A DNA stretch of 64,000 nucleotides from Callorhinchus milii (taxonomy: Eukaryota), in contig NW_024704742.1 in NCBI RefSeq assembly GCF_018977255.1, forward strand, positions 38,194,001 to 38,258,000, given 5' to 3'. A program made the position numbers and the translations under genes. Within the stretch, counting starts at the first letter, position 1, and every line of letters starts with the position of its first letter. Shown here piece by piece: positions 1-12,182 of this stretch. The notes below the pieces were generated by a model, which worked only from the letters and a program-made list of their open reading frames with translations, was not told the origin of the DNA and did no database searches.

Positions 1-24
1 TGCCTGTGTGATGTGTCTCCACAG

Positions 25-212
25 CTCCATGAGAAGTTTGATCACCTGAAGAAGACTCACCAGGACGAGAAGAAGAAGGTGGACGATAAGAAGAAGGACC
101 TGGAGGAGGAATTGAACGCGTTCAACAAGAAGAAAGCAGCCGCTCAGCTGCTTCAGTCACAGGCTCAGCAAGCGGCCTCCCAGACCAGCAAGAAGGACAA
201 GGATAAGAAAAA
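25..212 (+). CDS. SEPTIN11: Septin 11, penultimate coding exon (C-terminal coiled coil, [10 protein letters not shown]...SKKDKDKK)
   Basis: AG acceptor at 23-24 and GTAAG donor at 213. Translation closely matches the SEPT6-group C-terminus ([39 protein letters not shown]). SEPT11 assigned from the NASFT tail and adjacency to CCNI. Confidence 0.93.
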
Positions 213-319
213 GTAAGGCAGTGTTCTTTATATATAGAATTTTAACGCTTTCATCTGTTTATAATACAGTGGGCCAGGCTCCCTAGTCTAATTTTAACCC
301 CTGTGTTAATATGGGAAGT

Positions 320-765
320 CTTAGCTGAGGAGGAGAAACTGGATAAACTAGGGTTGTTTTCACAAGAACCGAGAACGTTAAGCGATCACTTTTCAGGGCC
401 TTGGGATGTCCTTCCAATGTGAAAGGCGCAATATAAATATAATTTGTTGTTATAGAGGTGTTCCAGATTATGAGGATTTTGATGAAGTAAATGGGGAGAT
501 GCTCTTTTCACTGATTTAATGAATTGATACCTAGAGGCAGTAAATTTAAGATGTTTACCAAAGAAAGAGAGGTTGGAGGAATTCTTTTTTTTACAAATGG
601 TTAATAGAATACCATGCCAAAACGGTGATTATAGCAGAATTCATATCATCTATTAAAAGGGAATTAGACATGCATCTAAAAAGGATAACCATAAAAGGAT
701 GTGGGTGGAGGGAAGAAAAGGAGAGCTTCCATAGGTATGATGGGCCAAGTGGCCGCCAACTGTGC
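320..765 (+). mobile_element. Degraded CR1-type LINE 3' fragment interrupted by an L2/SINE tail
   Basis: Remnant 'gaggagaaactggataaactagggttgttt...gatcac...gaggtgttccagattatgagg' (LERLGLFS...DLIEVFKIM-like) ending in 'gatgggccaagtggcc'. Confidence 0.55.
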
Positions 766-3700
766 TGAAACGTTCAAATCCTTTGATGGGAACAAGAGAA
801 CCTGGTTTGAGATCCAGATGTTTTGAAAGATTATTCATCTGGTTGTTTGTGTGAAACTGTCTGCCAGGCAAAAGTAAGCTTGTACGTTTTGAATCTCTAT
901 GACCCAGCAATGCTCTGTGCTGACTGACTGATGTCTCGTGCTAGCCAGATTTGTTTTGGGATTTTTGAACTTCATTCTTTGGAAATTTCTGAACTGTGTC
1001 TCCCCATGTTGTCTGTGCTCTAAAGCAATGTGTTTCTCTTTAACGGTGAAGTTGATGACTTAAATCATCAAAATGCTTCACAGTATCTATGGGGATCACT
1101 AAGTGAGGGAGAAAAGGGAGGAGGAGATTGAGGGTGTTGACCAAGGGAAATTTTTAATAAAAAAAGACTATTTTGAATCGGGGTGAGAAGACGCAAGGCA
1201 GAAGCTGTTGGAAGAGTTTCAGTGAGAAGGGCTATTGTGGTTAAAGGATTAGCTACTGATGGTGAGATGGAGAGAGTTTGGAAAGAGCAATAGACTAGAA
1301 TCGGAAGAGCACATGAGAAATTGCATCTGAAACTAAAGTTAAAAGGGGCAAAACTGAACTCTGGGAGTCTGAAATTAAACCCTAAAATACTGGTGATCCG
1401 CAGCAGGTCAATCGACATCTGAAAGAGAAAGTCAGGTTAAGGTTTCGGCCAAACTCTTCACCAGAAGCAACAGTGGCGCCAAGCTGCATGGCAACCTTGC
1501 CCACCACCCCCTTGCCCTCCACCACTCTCGGCTCTAGTCTATAGCTAGGGTGAAAACCCTTGACTATCCAGCACCTTGAGACGTCCTCCTGACGTGAAAG
1601 GCGCTATGTAAATTCAATTTGTTGTTGTTACTAATGTAATTGAACACTGTTGCCCATTATCATACTATCTCTGAAGTTAGCTCTTGCATGTCAAGTCGCC
1701 AAGCCTTGCTTTCCAGTTTTTCTTGTGTCAGCCTCCCTGTCTTTCGCATTCTTTGACGAGACCTGATGAGGTCCCAGTGTTTTTACTAGTCACAGAATTG
1801 GATGTTTTTCATTGCGGATCATGTAGGTTCCTCAGCATCATGTTTGTATGGGACATCGCTGGTAGTTACGGAATTGACTATCCCATAAAGTTTACAGCAT
1901 GAGAGAGACTGTTCAACCCAATATCTCAGTGCTTCTGCTGGTCCCTCACTGCAGTTGTCTTATCTACTTCTGGCACGTTGTTCCCAAGGAACAGAAATTT
2001 CTGCAATTGCACAGTTTTGCAACTCCCCATTTCACTTCTTCCCTATAGATCTTGTACTTTTGCAGAGCTGTAGTTTCTCACTCTTCTTAGAGGATGTATC
2101 CTGGTGCAGGGAGCAGGAGATTCGTGCAGGACTGATGTTTGAGCAGATAATTATTTTCACTGATTGGTATAAGTAACTGTTTAACACTTTTTGGGAGGCG
2201 AATGGGGAGATTTCTGAGGTACAAAGTATATCCGTAACTGGATTTAACTTGAATTCAGCAGAATGATTGCTTTTGTTCAGTGATCTTTGACACAGATTCT
2301 GTACACTATCATTTAGGTATTGTATTTGAATTGTCTACTGTAATGATACTAATTCTTTCCGTGTGCCTGTGATCATTATGACTGAAGGGAAACATGTGAT
2401 TTACTCCAACATGGGAGGTGATGAAACTTCCTTGTTCTAATGATGGATGGTGACAACTATAATCCAGAATTTGGGACTTTGGGACACGACGAGAGTTATA
2501 TTTTAGCCTCTATTATCCTACACGTTTTGTTGGGGATGGAAAGAGCAGGAAATGGTTTTAATTTACTTCCACATTTTCTATGCATGGCTTCTTGTATGAA
2601 TATCTTTAACCAATGACCAAATAACCAATGTACTTTCCACTCGCAGGAGACAGAAATAAAGCACTTAATGATAAATCGGGCGTCTTAGTGCATTCCTTTC
2701 ACATGGAGTCCACACTAAGGAAATGCCTATGTGTGAGGACAAATCATGTGACCTATCACTAGTGTTGGTGGGGGAAAAGTCTCAGATGGAAACTGGGGGA
2801 ACGGCTATCTACACGTACACCTCCAGGTGCCCACATTTAGACAGGTGCATTGACTTGCCACAGCTTGTTGAACTAAGAATTTCCAATGTCCAGCACTTGT
2901 ATCTACTGCTTTGATTCCTTTCATTGTTTGAATGCAGAAATCCAGGCATGCCCACTTCATTACTGTGAGTCACTAATGTTGCTGTATCGCTGCACGATGC
3001 ATTGACAAAGCAAATCTCAATTGAACTCAATGTGATGTGAACCCTGCATCATTTGTTTGTACTGAACATGCTCAGAGCTGCTAGAACTTCAGCATTGCTT
3101 TTTTTAAAAGTTGATATTGAACAAGGCATCGACTTAGTTACTGGTCAGAATCGGAAGTAGCCATAAGCCAACTGTGATCTCTTCGGACACAGGTTTCATT
3201 TCCTCTCTAATAACCCAACATCCCCCTTCCTCCCACCCGCCTCCCACAAAGAGTTAAGATAGTCCAGCTGGGATCAAGATGTGATAGTTGCAGTTAGCCT
3301 CTATTTCTGGTCTAGGGATGGGAAATGTTAGCCAGTGTTCCACGCTTTTTCAGTATCCAAAGAACCATTGTTGAAAGTGTGTGGATGAACTTTGGACAGG
3401 ATCTGGCTTGTCTGATCTCTTACCCAACCTCTGCCCCTTCCTTATATTTAGTGCATTAGCACATGTACAAACTTGTACAATGGGCAAGGTATCAGAGAAG
3501 CATCAGGACCCACAGATCTACTGTGGAGGAGAAAATTGGGAAGAAAACCTCTGTGAAGTCATCTGTCATTTAGTACTTAACAATATCTTATTAAAACCAA
3601 TTGGCTGTGCTAACATTACACTACTTATACAATTGCCCTCTCAGAACATTGGTGGCCTATTCAGACTTGTCTGATTTTTATTGCTCTTTTTTGGTTTATA

Positions 3701-4636
3701 ATTAATAACTACTGATCATTGCTCCGTAATCATCAATCCTTTGCCAACAGCTCACTTAATTTCTGACATCGAATTTGTAGTTCAGCTCTTTCCCATTCAT
3801 CATGAATAAACCATTGGGGTCCGTTACTGCACACTCATTCTTTTGCCGGATGATGCAGCCTGTGTAACTGTTCATCTCAGTAAATTGACCAAACAACTAC
3901 ATCACATTTCATTGGTGAATTCATATCTTTTTAGCAACTTGACCAAGTGGGAGGAATGTTGAGATCTGGTTAATCTTGCAAAATAGTTCAAATTATCCAA
4001 TACTCCAAACAAACAAACGTCACTGCCTTTGAGTCTCGGCTGCTGAGTTGAGTTGTTCTACCATAGTACACCACACAGAGGTGGAGAGATGGGATTGTCT
4101 CTCCAGGGAATACGTTTGGTTGTTTTTGAGGAAAAACTGATTTTTTTTACAAAAAAAGGAAATCAGACAAATGGCTTTTAAATTTCAAGCTTAAAAGTTC
4201 GTGAACAAAATGGTACCAATGATGGATTACTTTCAGGGCAGGGCATTTATTTCATATGTGTTCTTCAAAGATTAATCAAACTTTTTTGAATCTATATATC
4301 TCGAATCATTAAATAAATATTATCCTGTGTGTATATATATATATACACACACACATATACAGGATAATGTTTCTTTAATGATTTGATCCGTTAGCTCTGT
4401 GATTTGCCAGTAATTAGCCCATTTTTGTGTGTGTCTGTGTGTGTCGAGTAGATTTTGTAAACTACAAAATCTCAAGTTGCTAACATGCATGAAACCTTAT
4501 CAGTAGCTGTTCCATGAATAAGTATGGTTTATTTTTTATTATTGCTTGCAAAAATATGAGAATACAACCGTTTTGGTGTGTTTATGAATTTTGATTTCTT
4601 ACCGTCTCTTATTTTTTTTTCCTTTTTTAATTGCAG

Positions 4637-4652
4637 TGCGAGCTTCACATAA
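4637..4652 (+). CDS. SEPTIN11: Septin 11 terminal exon giving ...KK-N-A-S-F-T-stop
   Basis: Long polypyrimidine tract + TTGCAG. Phase-2 join AA|T GCG AGC TTC ACA TAA reproduces the canonical SEPT11 ending NASFT. Confidence 0.9.
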
Positions 4653-6466
4653 GCAAAGCTGACAAGCCAAGGATGTCGCCCCCACTCATTCATCTGCTTA
4701 GCTGTAAAGTGTCTGCATTAAGAATGCCCATCTTTTTGTTAAAACATGTAGAGAACAGTTAGCTTGTCACTTAATGCAGGGACATTCTTTCAAATGCATT
4801 CCGTGATCTGGAGGGAGGAGGGAAGGACCAAGCTGGTACTGTATGTGTCAGGTGGCTGTGCGGGGGAAACGGATGAAGACTGAAGCTGTAGCTTTGAGAA
4901 CAGCAGCAATAGCCAGCAAATAACAGAACTTTATTACTCTTCAACAGGAGGGTGATGCAGAACATCCTTCATTCAGGAAGTTGATGCATATTATTAGCCA
5001 TCTCCCAACTAACTTCTTATTTGGGTATCTTAAAAGAATTGAAATTTAACTGAGCAAATTTCAGTCTACCTTGTTTAAATATAGTACATAATGTACAATT
5101 TAATGCCTCAACATCAAATCTTTCCTCCCAATATCACTGTCTCAAGAAGCCATCTTTTTTAGGAAAGGTAACGATCATATTGTTCTTGTTGTACATGAAT
5201 CCATTGGCATTTCCCAATTGCACAAGGTGAATCTGATTGCTATTGGTACTAATGAGGTGCTTCAAGCAGGTGAAATTTGTGATGATATTGTGCCCCTCTT
5301 TTAATGTATTAACTATCCAAATCAAAGAAGTTCTTTAACTTTCTTTTGTGCCATTCTCCCTTGGATAGATTCTCCTTCTGATGATATTGCTATGTGGCTG
5401 CTGTTGGATTTGCCACTATTACTGCTGCTGATCTCTCCGCTCTCTTCCTCTGGCTTGGTAGATTTTCTTCCTTATTTCAGACTCACTGACCCATAATGGG
5501 GTGGGGAATGCCAGCGACTGCAGCATTGTTTCAAAGCTTCACACTTTTCAGCGTCAGACTTCAGTTTTGCTTGCCAAACATGGCCCTGGGAGAGGAGAGA
5601 TGCCATCAGTGTCCACCTTAAAATGTTGCATGAACAGACTTTTAATGTCGACTGGCTGTCTGCCTTTTTTGAAAAAAAACTGTCGGTCAAAAACTTTGCA
5701 CATTAAAACTCAAAATGAAAATGTATTACTTTGGAAACAAGTGTTAACTTAAGTACAACCCTTTAATCAGTATGAATATAGTATTAATTTGTATAAGTAA
5801 CCTTTTTTTTGGAGGGGGGGGATATGAAATGGATATGAAAAGCCCTGCTTGAAATTCATAATTTTTATAGGGGGTTGTAAATGCAGTGCAATATTAGAAT
5901 TTTCTTTCATATCTGAATATTGAGACAAACCTTGCAGTTTTACTGTATCATTGAAAGACAACAGTATGCAGGGACTGGATTGCTCAGTGTCTCTGCATTT
6001 AGAGCTTTGGAGTTCCACACAGAAGGTTTTTTCATTTCATAAGCGTCATTTATCCTCTCTTCACCTTGCCTCAATTGGCGAGCTCTCAGCTGGGCCGCTA
6101 GGTCAAGCTTGGCCTGTGGGTAAGAAGAGTACTGGAGCCATCTGTGCCTCAGAGAGGAGTAAAACTCGGGTAACTAATAAATAATACCAGCTTCAGCACC
6201 CTTTCCCCCCAGGCTAGCAACACGATTTGAGGAATCTAAGTGAAGTTTGAGCTCTAAGGGTTTAAAAATGACAATTTGTTGTTTAATAAAGCAATGAGTT
6301 GTAGTGAGCAAAGTTTAAAAAGTATTGCACTAGATTGACCTTGACGACAGGCTAATCAAAAAGATGGTGCTTTTTAGTCGCATCCCTTTCCTGGGCCATG
6401 TTTAGCCAATGACCTCAGCGGCAATTCCATTTTTGTTTTTGTATTTCTTCTACCTTGTTTTCACAG

Positions 6467-6491
6467 CAATCCTTGGCTCTGCACGGAATAA
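6467..6491 (+). CDS. SEPTIN11: Septin 11 alternative exon giving ...KK-N-N-P-W-L-C-T-E-stop (exon probably 6467-6536)
   Basis: Polypyrimidine tract + CACAG. AA|C AAT CCT TGG CTC TGC ACG GAA TAA; NPWLCTE is a known SEPT6-group isoform ending. GTAAGT donor at 6537. Confidence 0.85.
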
Positions 6492-7988
6492 CTAATATCC
6501 CACCAATCTAACTGGATTGTGCTTTCACCTATGCATGTAAGTATTGCAGTTGGAATTCTTTATTCTCTCAGCAGTTCTGGGTGAACTTATAGAGCAACCC
6601 ATTGGTATCCTGTGGCTCTCATCTCTTTTCTACCATGATTTCCTCGAAATAAAGTGCCTCAGAGCTTTAAGGGAAATCCAGTTTGATTTCACCACTGCAA
6701 AGTACCGCTTCTGCACCCCTATCCTGCTTTGCTTTGTGCCTCTGTCAAAGTAGTTTGCACATCACAACCTGCCACTTTTGTTTGTATTCACTGTTTGTAT
6801 TCACTGTACTCCCATCACAATATAAATAAAAACTCAAAATTTTTTAAGACCATTTTTAAGACAGTTTCTGTGAACTGCAGACTCCTGAGTGAACTTGTTT
6901 CTGAATCTCACTCTTGTAATAATCTTGTAATATCCTCAGGTGCACCGGTGCATACATGGGTTATTTGGGCTTTTGGTCTGTTTTTACTTTGACCAAGTCA
7001 TTTCATATTGGTTACATTGAGTCATTTCCTGAAAGCTGGTGAATGCGTGTATACCAATGATCTTTCTATATCCTTTCTTTTAATGCTTGCTTTTTATTTG
7101 AATTTCATGGGATGGAATTGGTAACTTCTGAACTAATGCACTAAAACTTGTATGCATTAGTTAATTGTCTTATTAGGAAAGTTTGTTACAGTTGTCATTG
7201 AAGTAAATGACTTTTATAGTGAATATAGTATACTGTAACCTATTTCTATATATAATGCACACACTTGAATTTTCTGAATCACATCGAAATAATATAATGG
7301 TCAGCACTAAGAAATGCATTTTACCCAGATAACTGTTTTGCATTACCTGTGATGTGTGTTTGTTAATGCCTCTGTTCTGCTTTAATTGTTACAAAAATGA
7401 GGTAACTGCATGTGACATCAATAGACAGACTTAAAACCCTGCACCACTTGTATTGAAGCTACAGCCTGCACATCCTGAGTGCATTCCAAGATGATCATTT
7501 TTTCCAGTGTTGAGATTTTGTTTTACTGAACAGGATTTCATCCCCCACCCCTCACCCAATCACGCACATTGCTTTGTCATACACTTGGCTGACTAGACTT
7601 GCTTGCAAGAAGTGATTTGATGTTCTGTGAGGCTGTATGTTTGTGGATGGCAAAGCTAGGATTACTGAACCCTAATTGAAGGTACAAAGTTGGTACTTGT
7701 GGAGGGAATAAATGGGGTGGGGTGTGGAGATACTGCCATACAGTAGCAGTGTGGGACATAACAAGGATGTTCTAAGAAATGCTAGAATTGAGAATTGTAA
7801 AAACTTGCTGTGGAGGAATGCAATTTCTAAGGATTATTATTATTATGAAACTTCAATCAAGCTGTTTAACAAGTGTTTTTACTCCTAAAGTGTATTTAGT
7901 CATTTATTGGATTCTGCTCCATTTTCCTTCCCTCCCTCTGACCTGCTGTGTATATAACTGATTCTCTTTCTTTAACTTTCTCCTGTAG

Positions 7989-8001
7989 CTTCTTTATCTA
8001 A
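7989..8001 (+). CDS. SEPTIN11: Septin 11 alternative last exon giving ...KK-N-F-F-I-stop
   Basis: Strong polypyrimidine tract + CTGTAG. AA|C TTC TTT ATC TAA resembles the NFF-type endings I recall for SEPT6-group isoforms. Confidence 0.7.
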
Positions 8002-9937
8002 TTGTCCTGCTGCCCGACCTTCTCTGCTGGATAAGATTGCTAAAAGTATTGGAAGAGCTACAATATATTTGCATATCTTGCAGAAGATCTCTGTTGTGTC
8101 ATCACGTTACCTCTGCTCCTCCGTCACATTTCTTGTGTTGCTGTAGCATCTTAGATATGTGGCCCTTCTATTGCTGTCACGTGTAGAAGAATACCAAACA
8201 AAATGTCCACTTTCAACACATGAGAGAGATCAGGCAATTTATAGTGCAGTTGACCATCTCTTGCTTTTAATGCTTTTTCATCGGTCATATTGTACCGTCA
8301 TATCTTGCAGTCAAGATTATTGATAAATTCTCTCTGCTGGTTCCTGCTGTCCTTGATTAATTCTCCCACTTTCCCAATGGATCAACTTCAAGATCTGATT
8401 TGAAGACTTCAAATGCTTCCACATCTGTGTCCCATCCTCTACCTCTAACATTTTTTTCAGCTCCACACCCTCTACAAACTCTGAGCTGCTGCACTTCCCT
8501 TACCCTCTATTGGAAGTCGAACTTTCAGCTTCTGAACCCCTACTTTCTGGCACTCTTCCCTAAAGTCTCTTTACTTCACTCTCCCTTGCTACTTTCAAAT
8601 CCCTTCGAAAACCTACCTCTTTGACGCTGAATCCCATCAATTATTTCTTTCCTTACACCATCCCACCTTGCTTGGGTTTTCACTCTGCCTCTGAAAAGAT
8701 TTGAGATATTAATCCACATGAAAAGCCCTATCGGAGTGCAAGCTGCTGTTCTTGTTGCAAATAGTTGCAGTCTTTAATAACTGCACGATTTAAACCTTTC
8801 TTCCCACCCCCAAAATGCACAGGTGCACACAACACACATGCAGGCCAAACCCTGAACTAATGTAGATTTTCGATCACAGCCCAGCACCCTCTACAAGCAG
8901 TCCGAAATGCTACCCTGTGTGAAGGGCGCTTTATAAATGCAAATTGTTGTTGTACACAGGCACCCCTTCACAAAGGTAACGTTGCATTAAAAAGAACACC
9001 TCATAAATATTACCAGTGTTACAGATGGGAGCAAAAATTATAATGGAAGGAAAGCTCGGCTTTTTTTTAATCTCTGCATGCAAGCTTTACTGTTACAGCA
9101 GTGTGGACACCAATGAAGAGCTGATTTTGTGGAAGGCATCACCAGTCTCTGCATTTTCTACGTGTTGTAAATCAGTTTCCAGTGTCAACAACTGTTGTTG
9201 CTTTCTCTGAGTTCGCAATGATCTGTCTTTGAAAAACATTCTGCAGTAAGAATGTAAGGGAAGAAATACTGAGAGTTTGAATGGCTGCTGAACTATAAAC
9301 TCAGAATGACTGTGGAGATTCTCCTACTGCAGAGGTCAGCAGAGACCCGTGGGTGGGAAAGGCGCACAGTACTGCTTAGCTAGTCTAAATGTAATCGCAT
9401 CACAATCTTCAAATGTGAAATGTTGTGCTCCAGTGCGCAGTGATTTACAACAGGATTCCATCATTTGAAAAATTCAAAGTGCAGTGTTTTGACCCTGCAG
9501 AACTCCTTTCTGATGCAGAGGTGGTGTTTCCAGTGTGTTCTACAGTAGTTAATTAAGTGGCATACTTAGTTGGTTACTGGAAAGACTCACAACTTGGATT
9601 CCTTAGATAGGAACAAAATGTTCCTGACTCAGTATACTTCCATTTTCCTTAATTAAGAAATCCTGTTAGAAATCATCACCTTATGAACCATGTTTGTGAC
9701 CCAGAAGAGCATGTCCTCTATCAGACCATATATTTGACGTAGCGTTTTGAAGAATGTGAAAAGTGAAGTTTTACAAGGAAATAAATTGATTTTAAAACAC
9801 AACTTCACCCTCATCATTGTGGCAAAACCTGTGCCAGATTTCTGCTATTGCTGTCCCTGCCACTTGTTTACTGATGATCTCCCTACAGTACAACCCAACC
9901 ATTCCCTAAAATGAATTGTTCTTGTTCATCATTAGTA

Positions 9938-10296
9938 GAGTCCTGTAGCTTTATGGTTAGAGCACTCGCCTCACAAGTGAGGGTTCAATTCCTGGCAGGA
10001 CGAAATGCTGGGCAAGTTTCCTTATTCCACACGCCTCTGTTTACCCAGCAGTAAGTAGGAACCCGGTTGTTAGTCAATTTATTGAATCGCTTTTCCGGGG
10101 GTAATAATTCCTTCCAAAAAATATAATAATTTGGTCAGTTTGTCCAACGACTGTTTGTGGGACACTGCTGTGTGCAATTGGCTGCCGCGTTTCACCCACA
10201 AAATGTACAATCAATTCACTTTACAGTATATTCTCTGAAGCACTTTGAGATGTCTCGAAGACATGATAAGGCACTATATCAAATACAAGTATTATG
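9938..10296 (+). mobile_element. tRNA-derived SINE, near full length
   Basis: Head GAGTCCTGTAGCT..TGGTTAGAGCACTCGCC...GGTTCAATTCC (Pol III A/B boxes); core CTGTTTGTGGGACACTGCTGTG.GCAATTGGCTGCCGCG; LINE-like tail. Many copies in the window. Confidence 0.85.
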
Positions 10297-10611
10297 TATG
10301 ATGGTGTAAAATGATTTAGCTTTATCTGGAAAATTAGGTGTGTTTCCCTTCCCCTATAGATCAGATGTGTTATTCTCTTTCCTGCACTGGAGGGGAATTA
10401 CCATCATGGTCAATTGTCTTTGATATAGATGTGTAATCAGATCATACATTTGAAATATTTATTTGCTAATAAATCCCATCCTCCTTAACTTTAATGAATC
10501 ACTTTCAAAGGCTTCCATGGCTCCACCCTATCTCTGAACTCCTGTGACACCTTAATCAGAATAATAATCTTTGCATTTGATATAGATCACAATTATACAA
10601 TATAATGCAAT

Positions 10612-11140
10612 ACAAAATCACATTTGTATAGTACCTTTCACATTGGGGAGGATATCCCAAGGTGCTGGACAGTCAGGGATTTCAATCTGAGCTGGGTTGG
10701 GATCAGGGAGGGTTGAAAGCAGGCAGGGTAGGAGGTTGGTTAAAGGCACAGTGGAAGAGATATGCCTTGAAGGAGGCAAGGGAGCAATGGGAATGTGAAA
10801 TGGAGTTCCAGAGTGGGGGGGTAAAGGCTGAAGGGCTAATCGTCGATGGTGGGGCAGGTCAGGCACATAACGAGCGGGGTAGGCCAGACAGGGACGTGGA
10901 GCAGGCTGGAGCCTGCTGAGCAGAGAGATTGATTTGGCATTAGCAGATCAGAGGTAGGAAGGGGCGAGGGCCTTGAAGGCGAGGATGAGAATTTTGAACT
11001 TGATCCTCTGGGGGAAGTGGAGGCCGGTGGGGGTCACGGAGCCTGGTGCGGGAGAGGACGCAAGCCACAGAGTTCTGAATGATCTGCAGCTTGTGGCGCG
11101 GAAAGCTGGGAAGGCCAACAAGCAGGGATGACATCTTCAT
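10612..11140 (-). mobile_element. L2-clade LINE 3' fragment
   Basis: Minus-strand translation SLLVGLPS...KLQIIQNSVACVLSRTRLRDP, FKILIL-type motif, and the family 3' tail. Confidence 0.8.
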
Positions 11141-11184
11141 GACGTCTCAAAGCTCTTCACAGAAATCCCTCTTTGAACCCCTCC

Positions 11185-11860
11185 AATCTGGCTTGTCAGC
11201 CTTCCCAACTCCTCCCTCCACAGGTGCAGATAATCCAGAACTCTGCAGCCCGTGTCTTCTCCCGCACCAAACTCTGTGACCCCATCTCCCCCATTCTCGC
11301 TCGACTCCATTGGCTCCGTATCCTTCAGAGGATCCAGTTCAAGATCCTGGTCCTCACCTACAAAGCCTCAATGGCTTCGCCCCACCCTACCCCTGCGACC
11401 TCCTAACTGCTTACCACACACCCGTTCCCTCCGCTCAGCCGGCTCCGGCCTGCTCCACGTCCCGAAACACTGTTCCACAATTGGCGGGAGAGCCTTTAGC
11501 CACTTTGCCCCCAATCACTCCGCCTCGCCCTCTCCTTAGCCTCCCTCTGAAATTCCATTCCCCCAGTCACTCCGCCTCACCCCCTCCTTAGCCTCCCTCT
11601 GAAATTCCATTCCCCCAGTCACTCCGCCTCACCCCCTCCTTAGCCTCCCTCTAGAATTCCATTCCCCCAGTCACTCCGCTTCACCCCCTCCTTAGCCTCC
11701 TTCAAGTCCCACCTCAAGACCCTCTTCGACCATGCCATCAGTCACCCCCCTTCTCCCTCCCTGACCCCAGCTCGGGTCTAAAATGCTGTACTCTGTCCAG
11801 CGCCTTGGGACGTCCTCCTGAAGTGAAAGGCGCTATACAAATGCAATCTTCTTGTTGTTG
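11185..11860 (+). mobile_element. L2-clade LINE 3' fragment with an internal ~3.5x 52-bp tandem duplication (11516-11700)
   Basis: QIIQNSAARVFSRTKLCDPISPILARLHWL..QRIQFKILVLTYKA and GGRAFS motifs; tail GCGCCTTGGGACGTCCTCC.GA.GTGAAAGGCGCTATA...(TTG)n. Confidence 0.85.
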
Positions 11861-11861
11861 A

Positions 11862-12119
11862 ATGTGTTTTGTGGGCAAAATGTGGCAGCCAATTGCGCAC
11901 AACAGTGTCCCACAAACAGTCATGGATTGAGTGACCAAATTATTATTATTTGTTTGGATGGATTTATATTACCCCCAGATAAGCTGGTTCCTACTTATTG
12001 CTAGGTAAATAGCAATGTGTGGAGGAAGGAAATTTGCCCAACATTTCACCCTGCCCAGGAATTGAACTCGGGTCCTCTTGCTTGCGAAGCTAGTGCTCTA
12101 ATCACTAAGCTACAGGACT
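11862..12119 (-). mobile_element. tRNA-derived SINE
   Basis: Reverse complement of the SINE head and core seen at 9938 and 17553. Confidence 0.8.
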
Positions 12120-12176
12120 TGTGCCTGTAAAGAGTCACTTAAAACACACACACGTTGTTTTAAATCAAGGACAACT

Positions 12177-12182
12177 TTTATT
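12177..12182 (-). terminator. Probable CCNI polyadenylation signal (AATAAA)
   Basis: AATAAA on the minus strand ~1.28 kb past the CCNI stop, followed by a GT-rich downstream element (GTGTGTGTGTTTT), just before repeat DNA begins. Confidence 0.65.

Noticed and set aside
653..9210. Many 60-116 aa ORFs in the septin intron/UTR region
   Set aside because: No recognisable domains or consistent splice structure; lengths expected by chance with alternative start codons.
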